From an uncultured Pseudoflavonifractor sp. (GTDB lineage: Bacteria > Bacillota > Clostridia > Oscillospirales > Oscillospiraceae): a stretch of 64,000 nucleotides of DNA. Positions 1 to 11,340 of this stretch are shown here, one piece after another. Numbering within the stretch: the stretch's first letter is position 1; every line of letters starts with the position of its first letter. Location of the stretch: NCBI RefSeq assembly GCF_904419835.1, contig NZ_CAJFTA010000003.1; one strand, given 5' to 3'. A program made the position numbers and the translations under genes. The notes under the pieces were generated by a model. It was not told the origin of the DNA, searched no databases, and worked only from the letters and a program-made list of their open reading frames with translations.

Positions 1-1
1 G

Positions 2-334
2 ATTGGCTCCTTTGACTCGGATATTATCACCATGGACTACCGGGTCCGGGGATTCACCCGGGATGTGAACGGCAAGAAGCTCTTCATGGACCATACAGTC
101 CGTTCCATCCAGGACTACATCGACCCGGCCACCCTCCGCCGCTACGACGCGGTGGACGTAAACGTATACAGCGCCAACCTCTACCACACCAAGATGATGC
201 TGAAGGATATCAACCTGCAGAACTATCTGTTCAAGACTGACGTCTACGAGCTTCCTCCCCAGGTGCGGCTGGAGATTATGGACAATATCCGCCGTGAGAT
301 GATCGAGATCTTCAGCGGCCGCAATATCTACTGA
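2..334 (+). CDS. speD: S-adenosylmethionine decarboxylase, C-terminal part (5' end outside window)
   Basis: Open frame from base 2: IGSFDSDIITMDYRVRGFTRDVNGKKLFMDH...HTKMMLK...RREMIEIF, typical class 1A SpeD C-terminus; heads polyamine operon. Confidence 0.88.
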   Translation: MGSFDSDIITMDYRVRGFTRDVNGKKLFMDHTVRSIQDYIDPATLRRYDAVDVNVYSANLYHTKMMLKDINLQNYLFKTDVYELPPQVRLEIMDNIRREMIEIFSGRNIY

Positions 335-1815
335 TGGAGGAGATGAGAAGCATGCCGGTTCTGGACCAGACCAGCGCGCCAATCTATGAGGCGCTGGAGC
401 GCTTCCGCAGCATGCGTGTGGTTCCCTTTGATGTTCCCGGCCACAAGCGGGGCCGGGGCAACCCGGAGCTGGCCAAGCTGCTGGGCGAGACCTGCGTGAG
501 CATGGACGTCAACTCTATGAAGCCTCTGGACAACCTGTGCCACCCTGTCTCGGTTATCCGGGACGCGGAGGAGCTGGCGGCGGACGCATTCGGCGCGGCC
601 CATGCCTTCCTGATGGTGGGCGGCACCACCAGCGCCGTGCAGAGCATGGTACTCTCGGCGGTCAAGGGCGGAGAGAAGATTATCCTGCCCCGGAACGTGC
701 ACCGCAGCGTCATGGGCGCCATGGTGCTGTGCGGCGCGGTCCCCGTCTATGTCAACCCGGAGTGTGACGACCGCCTGGGCATCCCCCTGGGCATGAAGGT
801 CAGCGAGGTGGAGCGGGCCATTTTGGCCAACCCGGACGCCAAGGCGGTGCTGGTAAACAACCCCACTTACTACGGCATCTGCTCCGACCTGAAGGCCATT
901 GTGGAGCTGGCTCACGCCCACGGCATGCTCTGCCTGGCCGACGAGGCCCACGGTACCCACTTCTATTTTCACGAGGACCTGCCCATGTCCGCAATGGCCG
1001 CCGGCGCGGACCTGGCCGCCGTGTCCATGCACAAGTCGGGCGGCAGCCTGACCCAGAGCAGCCTGCTGCTGGCCGGTCCCAATATGTCCCCCGGCCACGT
1101 GCGGCAGATTATCAACCTGACCCAGACCACCAGCGCCTCCTACCTGCTCCTCAGCAGCCTGGACATCGCCCGGCGGAACCTGGCCCTCCGGGGCCGGGAG
1201 GAGTTCGGCCGGGTGATGCGGATGGCAGACTACGCCCGGGAGGAGATCAACGCCATCGGCGGATACTACGCCTACAGCAGAGAGCTCATCAACGGCGACA
1301 GCGTGTACGACTTTGACATCACCAAGCTGTCGGTCAACACCCTGGACATCGGCCTGGCGGGCATTGAGGTATACGACCTGCTGCGGGACGAGTACGACAT
1401 CCAGATCGAGTTCGGCGATCTGGGCAATATTCTGGCCTACCTCTCCATCGGCGACCGGCCCAGAGAGATTGAACGGCTGGTGAGCGCCCTCAGCGAGGTG
1501 CGCCGCCGTTTCGGCAAGAATAGCAGCGCCGGGCTGATGAAACAGGAGTATATCGACCCGGAGGTGGTGGTGTCCCCCCAGCGGGCCTTCTACGCCCCCA
1601 AGGAGTGCCTGCCGCTGGAGAATACCGTGGGCCGTGTGTGCAGTGAGTTTGTCATGTGCTATCCCCCCGGGATCCCCATCCTTACGCCGGGCGAGCGCAT
1701 TACGCAGGATATCATCGCCTACATCCTCTACGCCAAGGAGAAGGGCTGCTCCATGACCGGCCCGGAGGACCCTGATATCACCTGCCTGAATGTTTTGGAC
1801 TTAAAGGAGGACTGA
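334..1815 (+). CDS. PLP-dependent arginine/lysine/ornithine decarboxylase (likely arginine decarboxylase); real start may be 352
   Basis: FDVPGHKRG, RNVHRS, DEAHG, SMHKSGGSLTQSS PLP-lysine motif, YPPGIP C-terminus; next to agmatinase. Confidence 0.88.
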   Translation: MEEMRSMPVLDQTSAPIYEALERFRSMRVVPFDVPGHKRGRGNPELAKLLGETCVSMDVNSMKPLDNLCHPVSVIRDAEELAADAFGAAHAFLMVGGTTSAVQSMVLSAVKGGEKIILPRNVHRSVMGAMVLCGAVPVYVNPECDDRLGIPLGMKVSEVERAILANPDAKAVLVNNPTYYGICSDLKAIVELAHAHGMLCLADEAHGTHFYFHEDLPMSAMAAGADLAAVSMHKSGGSLTQSSLLLAGPNMSPGHVRQIINLTQTTSASYLLLSSLDIARRNLALRGREEFGRVMRMADYAREEINAIGGYYAYSRELINGDSVYDFDITKLSVNTLDIGLAGIEVYDLLRDEYDIQIEFGDLGNILAYLSIGDRPREIERLVSALSEVRRRFGKNSSAGLMKQEYIDPEVVVSPQRAFYAPKECLPLENTVGRVCSEFVMCYPPGIPILTPGERITQDIIAYILYAKEKGCSMTGPEDPDITCLNVLDLKED

Positions 1816-1819
1816 CGGT

Positions 1820-2680
1820 ATGGAGCTTTGGTTTCGTGAGGCCCACACCCCCAATGTAAAGCTGTCTATCCGGGTGGACAAGCAGCTGTACAGCGGCCAG
1901 AGCGAGTTCCAGCGGATTGATGTGTTCGACTCCCAGGAGTTCGGCCGCTTCCTCACCCTGGACGGCTATATGATGCTCACTGAGAAGGACGAGTTCATCT
2001 ACCACGAGATGATGGTACACATCCCCATGGCGGTCCACCCCAACGTGAAGGACGTGCTGGTCATTGGCGGAGGCGACGGCGGCGTAGTACGGGAGCTGTG
2101 CCGCTATCCGGAGATTGAACACATCGACCTGGTGGAGATCGATCCCCAGGTGGTGGAGGTGTGCAGGCGGTATCTCCCCTTCACTACCTGCAGCCTGGAC
2201 GACCCCCGAGTGTCCATTCACTATGAGGACGGTCTGCGGTATGTCCGCACCCCTGTGGAGCAGTATGACCTCATCATTGTGGACTCTACCGACCCCTTCG
2301 GCCCCGGCGAGGGGCTGTTCACCCGGGAGTTCTACGGCAACTGCTCCAAGGCCCTGCGTGCGGACGGCATCATGGTCAACCAGCACGAGAGCCCCTTCTA
2401 TCAGGAGGATGCCGTGGCCTGCCAGCGGGCCCACAAGCGGATTGTGGAGTCCTTCCCGCTGGCCAAGGTGTACCAGGCCCACATCCCCACCTACCCCTCC
2501 GGCCACTGGCTCTTCGGTTTTGCCAGCAAGAAGTACCACCCCCTGCGGGACCTGGACGAGGTCCGCTGGAACGCCCGGAAGCTCAGCTGCAGATACTACA
2601 CCACCATGCTGCACAAGGGCGCGTTCTACATCCCCGCCTACGTAGAGGAGCTGCTGAAAAATGTTGAATCCGCAGATTGA
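1820..2680 (+). CDS. speE: spermidine synthase (polyamine aminopropyltransferase)
   Basis: LVIGGGDGG, YHEMM, DSTDPFGP motifs; AAGGAGG RBS. Confidence 0.93.
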   Translation: MELWFREAHTPNVKLSIRVDKQLYSGQSEFQRIDVFDSQEFGRFLTLDGYMMLTEKDEFIYHEMMVHIPMAVHPNVKDVLVIGGGDGGVVRELCRYPEIEHIDLVEIDPQVVEVCRRYLPFTTCSLDDPRVSIHYEDGLRYVRTPVEQYDLIIVDSTDPFGPGEGLFTREFYGNCSKALRADGIMVNQHESPFYQEDAVACQRAHKRIVESFPLAKVYQAHIPTYPSGHWLFGFASKKYHPLRDLDEVRWNARKLSCRYYTTMLHKGAFYIPAYVEELLKNVESAD

Positions 2681-3521
2681 CGTGTATATGGGCTGCGACT
2701 GCCCCTTTGAGCAGGCCGAAACAGTGCTCTTCGGCGCGCCCTTCGACTCCACCACCTCCAACCGGCCCGGTACCCGCTTCGGCCCCTCCGCCCTGCGGCG
2801 GGAGTCCTACGGACTGGAACTGTACAGTCCCTATCAGGACAGGGACCTGTCCGACTGCGCCGTGCTGGACAGCGGCGACCTGGAGCTGTCCATGGGCAGC
2901 TCCGAGCTGGCGCTGGCGGACATTGAGGCCAGGACGGAGGAGATTCTCTCCGCCGGCAAGCGCCCCTTCCTCATCGGCGGAGAGCACCTGGTGACCCTGG
3001 GCGCCTTCCGGGCTGTGCGCCGGAAATATCCCGATGTGGCCATCATCCACTTTGACGCCCACACTGACCTGCGGGAGGACTACCTGGGCGTGCCCCTGTC
3101 CCACGCCTGCGTCATCCGCCGCTGCTGGGAGTTGACCGGCGACGGCAAAATCTTTCAGTTCGGTATCCGCTCCGGCGACCGTGAAGAGTGGCGCTGGGGC
3201 AGGGACCATGTGACCTGCCACCCCTTCGACCTGGAGGGGCTGGAGGACGTGGTGGATCGACTGGGCAATGCCCCGGTCTACTTCACCGTGGACCTGGACG
3301 TGATGGACCCGTCGGTATTCCCCGGCACCGGTACCCCCGAGCCCGGCGGCGTGTCCTTTGACGCCCTGCGCCGGGCGGTGACTCTGGTGTGCAGCCGCTG
3401 CAACGTGGTGGGCTGCGATGTCAATGAGCTCTGCCCCCCCTTCGACCAGAGCGGCGTGTCCAACGCAGTGGCCGCCAAGGTGGTCCGTGAGATGCTGCTG
3501 GCCCTCAGCAGTGGGAATTGA
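2661..3521 (+). CDS. speB: agmatinase (ureohydrolase)
   Basis: GGEH, DAHTD, DLDVMDP, GTGTPEPGG motifs. Confidence 0.92.
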   Translation: MLNPQIDVYMGCDCPFEQAETVLFGAPFDSTTSNRPGTRFGPSALRRESYGLELYSPYQDRDLSDCAVLDSGDLELSMGSSELALADIEARTEEILSAGKRPFLIGGEHLVTLGAFRAVRRKYPDVAIIHFDAHTDLREDYLGVPLSHACVIRRCWELTGDGKIFQFGIRSGDREEWRWGRDHVTCHPFDLEGLEDVVDRLGNAPVYFTVDLDVMDPSVFPGTGTPEPGGVSFDALRRAVTLVCSRCNVVGCDVNELCPPFDQSGVSNAVAAKVVREMLLALSSGN

Positions 3522-3558
3522 GTGTCTGTTATTTTTCAACATACAGGAGGAATGAAAC

Positions 3559-4818
3559 ATGGCAAAGGTTCTGATTATCGGCTGCGGCGGCGTGGCCGGG
3601 GTGGCCATTCACAAGTGCTGCCAGAACAGCGAGGTTTTTGAGGAGATCTGCATCGCCAGCCGCACCGTCAGCAAGTGCGAGGCTGTGAAGGCCCAGCTGG
3701 AAGGCAAGACCAAGACCAAAATCACCACCGCCCAGGTGGACGCCGACAAGGTGGACGAGGTGATTGCCCTCATCAAGAAGGTTCAGCCCGACCTGGTGAT
3801 GAACATCGCCCTCCCCTATCAGGATCTCACCATCATGGACGCCTGCCTGGCCTGCGGCGTCAACTACATGGACACCGCCAACTATGAGCCCGAGGACATC
3901 GACGACCCCGAGTGGCGTGCCGTCTACGACAAGCGCTGCAAGGAGGAAGGCTTCTCCGCCTACTTCGACTACTCCTGGCAGTGGGCCTATAAGGAGAAGT
4001 TCGAGAAGGCCGGCCTCACCGCCCTGCTGGGCTCCGGCTTTGACCCCGGTGTGACCCAGGCCTACTGTGCCTACGCCCAGAAGCACCTCTTTGATGAGAT
4101 CGACACCATCGACATTCTGGACTGCAACGGCGGCGACCACGGCTACCCCTTCGCCACCAACTTCAACCCCGAGATCAACCTCCGCGAGGTGTCCGCTCCC
4201 GGCTCCTACTGGGAGAATGGCCACTGGGTGGAGATCCCCGCCATGTCCATCAAGCGGGAGTACAACTTCGACCAGGTGGGTCAGAAGGACATGTACCTCC
4301 TCCACCACGAGGAGATCGAGTCCCTTGCCAAGAACATCCCCGGCGTCAAGCGCATCCGCTTCTTCATGACCTTCGGTCAGAGCTACCTGACCCACATGAA
4401 GTGTCTGGAGAACGTGGGCATGCTGTCCACCACTCCCGTGGAGTTTGAGGGCCACCAGATTGTGCCCATCCAGTTCCTCAAGGCCCTGCTGCCCGATCCC
4501 GCCTCCCTGGGTCCCCGCACCGTGGGCAAGACCAACATCGGCTGCATCTTCACCGGCAAGAAGGACGGCAAGGAGAAGACCGCTTACATCTACAACGTGT
4601 GCGACCACCAGGAGTGCTACAAGGAGGTTGGCTCCCAGGCCATCAGCTACACCACCGGCGTGCCCGCCATGATCGGCGCCATGATGCTCCTCACCGGCAA
4701 GTGGAACAAGCCCGGCGTGTACACCGTGGAGGAGTTTGATCCCGATCCCTACATGGACGCGCTGAACAAGTGGGGCCTGCCCTGGCAGATCAACGACAAC
4801 CCCGCCCTGGTGGACTGA
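3559..4818 (+). CDS. carboxy(nor)spermidine dehydrogenase, saccharopine dehydrogenase family
   Basis: IIGCGGV Rossmann, GSGFDPG, DCNGGDHG, ATNFNPEINLRE, SYTTGVPA; adjacent to nspC. Confidence 0.9.
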   Translation: MAKVLIIGCGGVAGVAIHKCCQNSEVFEEICIASRTVSKCEAVKAQLEGKTKTKITTAQVDADKVDEVIALIKKVQPDLVMNIALPYQDLTIMDACLACGVNYMDTANYEPEDIDDPEWRAVYDKRCKEEGFSAYFDYSWQWAYKEKFEKAGLTALLGSGFDPGVTQAYCAYAQKHLFDEIDTIDILDCNGGDHGYPFATNFNPEINLREVSAPGSYWENGHWVEIPAMSIKREYNFDQVGQKDMYLLHHEEIESLAKNIPGVKRIRFFMTFGQSYLTHMKCLENVGMLSTTPVEFEGHQIVPIQFLKALLPDPASLGPRTVGKTNIGCIFTGKKDGKEKTAYIYNVCDHQECYKEVGSQAISYTTGVPAMIGAMMLLTGKWNKPGVYTVEEFDPDPYMDALNKWGLPWQINDNPALVD

Positions 4819-4821
4819 GCC

Positions 4822-5943
<1,122 letters not shown>

Positions 5944-5961
5944 GGTTGCTCTTATGCCGAC

Positions 5962-6159
5962 GCAGCAGAGCAGAAAGCACGCGTGACCTACGACAATATT
6001 CTGCGTATGTCTGACGACCCCGACGTCAACGACGTCATCCGCTTCCTCCGCGAGCGGGAGATCGTCCACTTTCAGCGCTTTGGCGAAGCAGTCCGCCTGG
6101 CCAAGGAGAAGATGGACCAGAAAAACGTCTACTTCACCAACCCCGCCTTCGACAAATAA
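5962..6159 (+). pseudogene. cotJC: 3' fragment of spore coat manganese-catalase family protein CotJC, no start codon or RBS
   Basis: Manual translation AAEQKARVTYDNILRMSDDPDVNDVIRFLREREIVHFQRFGEAVRLAKEKMDQKNVYFTNPAFDK* matches CotJC C-terminal third; absent from ORF track. Confidence 0.85.
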
Positions 6160-6160
6160 G

Positions 6161-6197
6161 AAAACGAGCGCCCCCGGCACATGTGTCGGGGGCGCTC
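6161..6197 (-). terminator. intrinsic terminator between convergent units
   Basis: GAGCGCCCCCGGCAC-AT-GTGTCGGGGGCGCTC stem, T-run on minus strand. Confidence 0.75.
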
Positions 6198-6289
6198 TCG
6201 ATCCAATCTGGCAGCGGACAGCGCGGTGTCTGATCAAAGCTTGCTTATCGAATCTTCTGAATAAAAGCAGCACGCATTAGGTGGGATAT

Positions 6290-7195
6290 CTATCCCTTAT
6301 TTTTCCCTTTTTTCTCTTCCCAATCCTTCCGCTGGGCCGTCTCATCGTAGAGGCGGACATAGCTCGCATGTCGGCTGGGCGCAATTTTCCCTTCCTTCAG
6401 CGCCGCAAGGACTGCACAGCCTTTTTCCTTTACATGAGCACATCCCGTAAACTGGCACTGCTCCAGATAGGGCGCAAATTCCCGGAACGTTGCCGCAAGG
6501 TCCTCCTTCCGGCACCCCTCCATCTGTTCCGTATCAAACGAGGAAAATCCAGGTGTATCCGCCACAATTGCTCCGTTTTTCAGCCGGAACAACTCTACAT
6601 GCCGGGTCGTATGCCTGCCGCGCCCCAGCTTATCGCTGACCGCGCCTACCGGAAGTCCAAAGCCCGGCTCCAGCGCATTGAGGATGCTGGATTTGCCTAC
6701 GCCGGAGTTCCCTGTAAAGGCAGATACCTTTCCGGCTATTATCTCAGCCAGCGCATCGATTCCCTCCCCTGTTTCGGCGCTGACACGCAGCGTCGTAAAG
6801 CCGGCGGACCGATAAATCTGATAGAGAGACTGGGCAGAATCCAAATCGCACTTATTGAGGCACACGATGCTTTCGCAGCCCTTCCAAGTTGCCAAGGAGA
6901 TCATGCGGTCTATGAGGAACGGATCTGTAACCGGGACGGCGCCCGAGGCAATGATCACCATCTGGTCGATATTGGCCACCGCCGGGCGCTGGAACTGGTT
7001 GCGGCGGGGCAGGATCTCGTCCACAGCACCGCTGCCATCCGGCAGCGGCGTAAAGCGGACCCGATCTCCCACAAGCGGGGAGATTTTGGCGTGGCGGAAG
7101 CGCCCCCTGGCCCGGCAGGCTGTCGGGGGGGCGCCGCTTCCGTCGTCCACATAATAGAAGCCGCTGAGGGCTTTTAAAATAATGCCTTCCCTCAT
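6290..7195 (-). CDS. rsgA: ribosome small subunit-dependent GTPase A
   Basis: NKCD, GNSGVGKS, RGRHTT, DTPG, CQFTGCAHVKEKGC Zn site. Confidence 0.95.
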   Translation of the reverse strand: MREGIILKALSGFYYVDDGSGAPPTACRARGRFRHAKISPLVGDRVRFTPLPDGSGAVDEILPRRNQFQRPAVANIDQMVIIASGAVPVTDPFLIDRMISLATWKGCESIVCLNKCDLDSAQSLYQIYRSAGFTTLRVSAETGEGIDALAEIIAGKVSAFTGNSGVGKSSILNALEPGFGLPVGAVSDKLGRGRHTTRHVELFRLKNGAIVADTPGFSSFDTEQMEGCRKEDLAATFREFAPYLEQCQFTGCAHVKEKGCAVLAALKEGKIAPSRHASYVRLYDETAQRKDWEEKKGKNKG

Positions 7196-9342
7196 TTTAC
7201 AAAATCAATATAGGTTGTGCTCTGGAGCTGATCGTCCAGGTACACGCACACCTCCGCCTGCATGGTGCCCTCAGGCGCAGTAAGGGGCGGCGTGATCACC
7301 CGGAATACCGTATCAACCGTGTCATCGTACTGGGTCTGCCCGTTTACTGTCACCACCACGTGGACCAGATCCCGGTCGGAAGGCAGTTCAATACGGATGG
7401 TCTTCTGTACAGTGGGCTGAGAGGGCGAGGGGGACGGGCTGGGTTCCGTGCTCTCCGTAGGCGGTGGGGTAGCAGGTTCACCGCCACTCTCGGAGGGCTC
7501 GGGCGACTCGGTGGCCCCTGCATTGGGGTCCGGTCCTTTGCTGACCGTCAGGTTGACAATGGTCTTGGGCAGGACCTCGGTGCTGGGCTCCTTGTCCTGG
7601 CTGACCACAACACCGGCGGGCTGGACGTCGTCATAGACCTCCACAGGGGTTCCCAAAATCAGGTCCATCTTATCCAACCACTCTCTGGCTTTCTCCAGAG
7701 TGAGACCCCGCAGATCAATCATGGTGACGGGCTCAAGGTTGGGTCCGGTACTCACCACCAGCGTAACCTCATCTCCCGCCTTGAGCGCGGTCCCCTCTTC
7801 AGGGCTCTGGGAGATGATATAGTCCTTTGTCACTTCTTCCGAGGACTGCTCTTCCACATTTACAATAATTCCTTTGCTCTCCAGCAGGGTCCTGACCTCG
7901 TCCAGCCTTCTGTTTTCATAGTCGTCCATCTTAATGTCAGAGGAGCTTCCGCCGCTGACCGTCACCTTGATGGTACGTTCGCCGGACTGGACCTGAGTGT
8001 TGGCCTCAGGACTCTGCTCCATGATTTCCCCTTCCGGGTATTCCTCGCTCTCCACTGTTTTCTCGACTTCCACTGTAAAGCCATTATCCAGTACAGTGCT
8101 GCTATTCTGTGCTTCTTCCAGGGTCATCCCCACGACCCGCGGGGTGGTATAGAGCGGGATGTCAGGATTGAGCAGGGGGCCGAGGAAGGACACCCAGAGG
8201 AAATATCCGATTCCCGCCAGGAAGATGATAATGGCACCTATGGCAAGAATGATCGGGACCGGGCTGCCTTTCTCCGACCGATCGCGGCGGTCAACGTCGT
8301 CATAATCGTCCTCGTAGTCCTCCTCCCGGCTCTTGCGGTGCCGCTGGGGCTCCGGTGTGCCCCTCCTCTGACCATTTCCGGCAGTCTGGCGGGCCGCCGC
8401 GCCGCCCGCTCCGTGGAGCGTATTGCTGTGCATCCCACCGGTCTTCATGACCTGGGTAGGCTCGTCGCTGCTGTTGAGCAGGTCTACATCCGCGTAGTCA
8501 AAGTTAATGCTTGGGTTCTTCCGGAACTCCTCCAAATCCGCCAGCATGGCGTCGGCGGAGATATAGCGCTGGTCCACGTTGGAGGCCATGGCCTTCATGG
8601 TGATCTCCTCCAGCGCCTCCGGGATATCCGGGTTAATCTCACGGGGCGAGAGCGGGATGGAGTTGATGTGCTGGATGGCCACCGAGATGGGAGAGTCTCC
8701 CTCATAGGGCAGGCGGCCGGTCAGCATCTCATAGAGCACCACACCGGCGGAATAGATATCGCTGCGGGCGTCGATATAGCTGCCCCGCGCCTGCTCAGGC
8801 GAGATATAGTGGACAGATCCCAGCGCCTCCTGGGTCAGGGTGTTCTGCGCTGCGGAGGTAAGCCGGGCAATGCCGAAATCAGCCACCTTCACGCTGCCGT
8901 CCCGCAGCACCATGATGTTGTGGGGCTTAATGTCCCGGTGGATAATGCCCCGGCTGTGGGCGTGGGAGAGGCCCTTCATAATCTGGGTGATAAAATGCAG
9001 CGCCTCACGCCAGTTCAGCGGCTCTCCCTTCTTCTGCATATACTGCTTGAGGGTAATCCCGTCAATCAGTTCCATCACGATATAGTCCAGATCGTCAGAG
9101 TGGGAGACGTCGTACACCGCAACGATATTGGGGTGGGACAGCATGGCGACAGCCTGGGACTCGTCATGAAACCGGCGCCGGAACTCAGCGTCCTGAGCCA
9201 GGTCGCTCTTCAGAATTTTGATGGCAACCAGCCGGTTGAGCCGGTGGCAGCGGGCCTTGTATACCACTGCCATGCCGCCGGAGCCGATGCGCTCCAGAAT
9301 TTCATATCGGTTATCGAGTAATTTACCTATGTATTGATCCAT
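7192..9342 (-). CDS. pknB: Stk1/PrkC family PASTA-domain Ser/Thr kinase
   Basis: GSGGMA, HRDIKPHN, DFG, GSVHYISPEQARG; TM helix; three PASTA-like repeats; Pro/Ser linker. Confidence 0.95.
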   Translation of the reverse strand: MDQYIGKLLDNRYEILERIGSGGMAVVYKARCHRLNRLVAIKILKSDLAQDAEFRRRFHDESQAVAMLSHPNIVAVYDVSHSDDLDYIVMELIDGITLKQYMQKKGEPLNWREALHFITQIMKGLSHAHSRGIIHRDIKPHNIMVLRDGSVKVADFGIARLTSAAQNTLTQEALGSVHYISPEQARGSYIDARSDIYSAGVVLYEMLTGRLPYEGDSPISVAIQHINSIPLSPREINPDIPEALEEITMKAMASNVDQRYISADAMLADLEEFRKNPSINFDYADVDLLNSSDEPTQVMKTGGMHSNTLHGAGGAAARQTAGNGQRRGTPEPQRHRKSREEDYEDDYDDVDRRDRSEKGSPVPIILAIGAIIIFLAGIGYFLWVSFLGPLLNPDIPLYTTPRVVGMTLEEAQNSSTVLDNGFTVEVEKTVESEEYPEGEIMEQSPEANTQVQSGERTIKVTVSGGSSSDIKMDDYENRRLDEVRTLLESKGIIVNVEEQSSEEVTKDYIISQSPEEGTALKAGDEVTLVVSTGPNLEPVTMIDLRGLTLEKAREWLDKMDLILGTPVEVYDDVQPAGVVVSQDKEPSTEVLPKTIVNLTVSKGPDPNAGATESPEPSESGGEPATPPPTESTEPSPSPSPSQPTVQKTIRIELPSDRDLVHVVVTVNGQTQYDDTVDTVFRVITPPLTAPEGTMQAEVCVYLDDQLQSTTYIDFVK

Positions 9343-9492
9343 GGTAAATCTCCTCCTCGGGGGCCTTGTTCACGTCAGGTGAGAATGGCCGGATTTTCGT
9401 GCGGCTGTGCGGAAAAGCCGGGATACGCCGCATTGCTGTCCGTTTTTGCCCGACAGCCGGCATCTGCCGCACACTGGGTGCGGCACAATACG

Positions 9493-10218
9493 TCATGCCT
9501 GAAGCAGCACTGCCGTCACATTGTCCGGCGCGCCCCGGGACATGGCGATATCCAGCAGCCGTCGGCAGCAGTCCGCTCTTTCTCCGCCGTGGATAATCTC
9601 ATAGAGTATCTCCTGATCCGTAACGATGTTGGACAGCCCATCGGAGCACAGCAGAAGGCAGTCCCCATCCTTCAGGTCCAGGCGATAAAGGTCGGCTCGC
9701 ACATGCTCCTCCGCGCCCAGTGCCCGTGTAATCAGGTTCTTACGGGGATGAAGCCGGGCCTCCTCGGGCGTAATCCGGCCCTTCTGAACCAAATCCTCCA
9801 CCACGGAGTGGTCCCGGGTCACGCGGGTAATCCCCTCTTCGGCTGCCAGGTAGCACCTGCTGTCTCCGATGTTGAGGATATGGGCCCTCCGCCCGGACAC
9901 CAGCGCCGCCACCATGGTGGTTCCCATGCCCTGACAGGCCGGATCGCTGCCCGCCCGGTCAAAGACCGCGCGGTTGGCCAGCTCTGCGGCCCCGGCGAGG
10001 GCCTCGTCCGGCTCCTGGGCATCAATATTGCCGCTGCGCAGCGCCTCTACAAATGCATCCACTGCCAGCGTACTGGCCACATTGCCCGCTTTGGCGCCGC
10101 CCATTCCGTCACAGACAACCGCCAATGCCAGACCTTCGTCCGGAACGTCCAGGTAATAGGCATCCTGATTCTGATGTCTGACGGCACCACGATCCGTGAT
10201 ACCCCACGCTTTTATCAT
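9493..10218 (-). CDS. Stp1/PrpC family PP2C phosphatase
   Basis: NQDA, VCDGMGG, GDSR, CSDGL, DNVT motifs. Confidence 0.95.
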   Translation of the reverse strand: MIKAWGITDRGAVRHQNQDAYYLDVPDEGLALAVVCDGMGGAKAGNVASTLAVDAFVEALRSGNIDAQEPDEALAGAAELANRAVFDRAGSDPACQGMGTTMVAALVSGRRAHILNIGDSRCYLAAEEGITRVTRDHSVVEDLVQKGRITPEEARLHPRKNLITRALGAEEHVRADLYRLDLKDGDCLLLCSDGLSNIVTDQEILYEIIHGGERADCCRRLLDIAMSRGAPDNVTAVLLQA

Positions 10219-10285
10219 GTCGATTGCCTCTTCTCTGCGGACAGTTTTCTCTCTGCCGCCCTCCGCAAGCGGGCGGCGTCTTCTC

Positions 10286-11308
10286 TCAGCTCTCCTGCAT
10301 GGCCTTTCTGCGCAGCTGGCCGCAGGATGCGTCGATGTCTCCGCCCAGCTTGCGCCGCACCGTTACCGTGATGCCATACTGCTCCAGCCGCTTCTGGAAG
10401 GCCTCTACCCTGCGGCTTGGCTTCAGCGGGCTCTCCTTTACCTCGTTGAGCGGGATCAGGTTTACATGCCCCGGCATTCCCTTGAGGTGCTTGGCCAACA
10501 GGTCGGCCTGCCAGTCGGAGTCGTTGACGCCGTCAATCATGGCGTACTCATAGGAAATCCGCCGCCCGGTCTTTTCGAAATACTGGCGGCAGCTTTTGAA
10601 CAGCCGCTCCACACCAACAGCCTTGTTTACCGGCATGATGCGGGAGCGGGTCTCGTCGTCCGGCGCATGCAGGGAGACGGACAACGTCAATTGTAACCGA
10701 AGATCGGCCAGTTTGTCAATTTTTTCGACCAGGCCGCAGGTGGACAGAGAGATGTGGCGCATGCCGATATTGAGTCCTTCCGGGTGGTTTACCAGTTCCA
10801 GGAAGCGCATAACCGTGTCAAAGTTGTCCAGCGGCTCACCGATTCCCATCAGCACAATATTGGAGACAGGCGCCCCGGAATCCAACTGGGTAAAGAGGAC
10901 CTGGTCCAGCATTTCAGATGGTGTCAAGTCTCTTACCTTGCCGCCCAGTGTGGACGCACAGAAGGCGCATCCCATCCGGCAGCCCACCTGGGAAGAGATG
11001 CATACAGTATTCCCATGGTGGTAGCGCATCAAAACAGTTTCAATACAGTTTCCATCCCTCAGCTTCCAGAGGTATTTTATGGTTCCATCCTGGGCTGAGA
11101 CCTGTTTTCGCTCTACAACGGGGGCCGTGATATAGCAGCTGCCCCGGAGCTTCTCCCGCAAGCCCTTGGAGAGATTGGTCATATCGTCGAAGGAAACGGC
11201 GCCTCGGTGGAGCCACTGAAACACCTGCTTGGCCCGAAAGGCCGGCTCTCCCAGTTCTCGAAAATAGCCTGCCATCTCCGCTTGGTTCATGGATTTGATG
11301 TCGATCAT
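10286..11308 (-). CDS. rlmN: 23S rRNA (A2503-C2) methyltransferase
   Basis: CRMGCAFC radical SAM motif, MGIGEPL, DASCGQL. Confidence 0.95.
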   Translation of the reverse strand: MIDIKSMNQAEMAGYFRELGEPAFRAKQVFQWLHRGAVSFDDMTNLSKGLREKLRGSCYITAPVVERKQVSAQDGTIKYLWKLRDGNCIETVLMRYHHGNTVCISSQVGCRMGCAFCASTLGGKVRDLTPSEMLDQVLFTQLDSGAPVSNIVLMGIGEPLDNFDTVMRFLELVNHPEGLNIGMRHISLSTCGLVEKIDKLADLRLQLTLSVSLHAPDDETRSRIMPVNKAVGVERLFKSCRQYFEKTGRRISYEYAMIDGVNDSDWQADLLAKHLKGMPGHVNLIPLNEVKESPLKPSRRVEAFQKRLEQYGITVTVRRKLGGDIDASCGQLRRKAMQES

Positions 11309-11340
11309 ATCTGTGTCGCTCCTTGAAGCGGCAATGCCGC

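Noticed and set aside
9343..9492. 150 bp gap between phosphatase and kinase genes with a TGCCGCAC/GTGCGGCA hairpin
   Set aside because: Single short stem, no ORF or repeat support; too weak to call.
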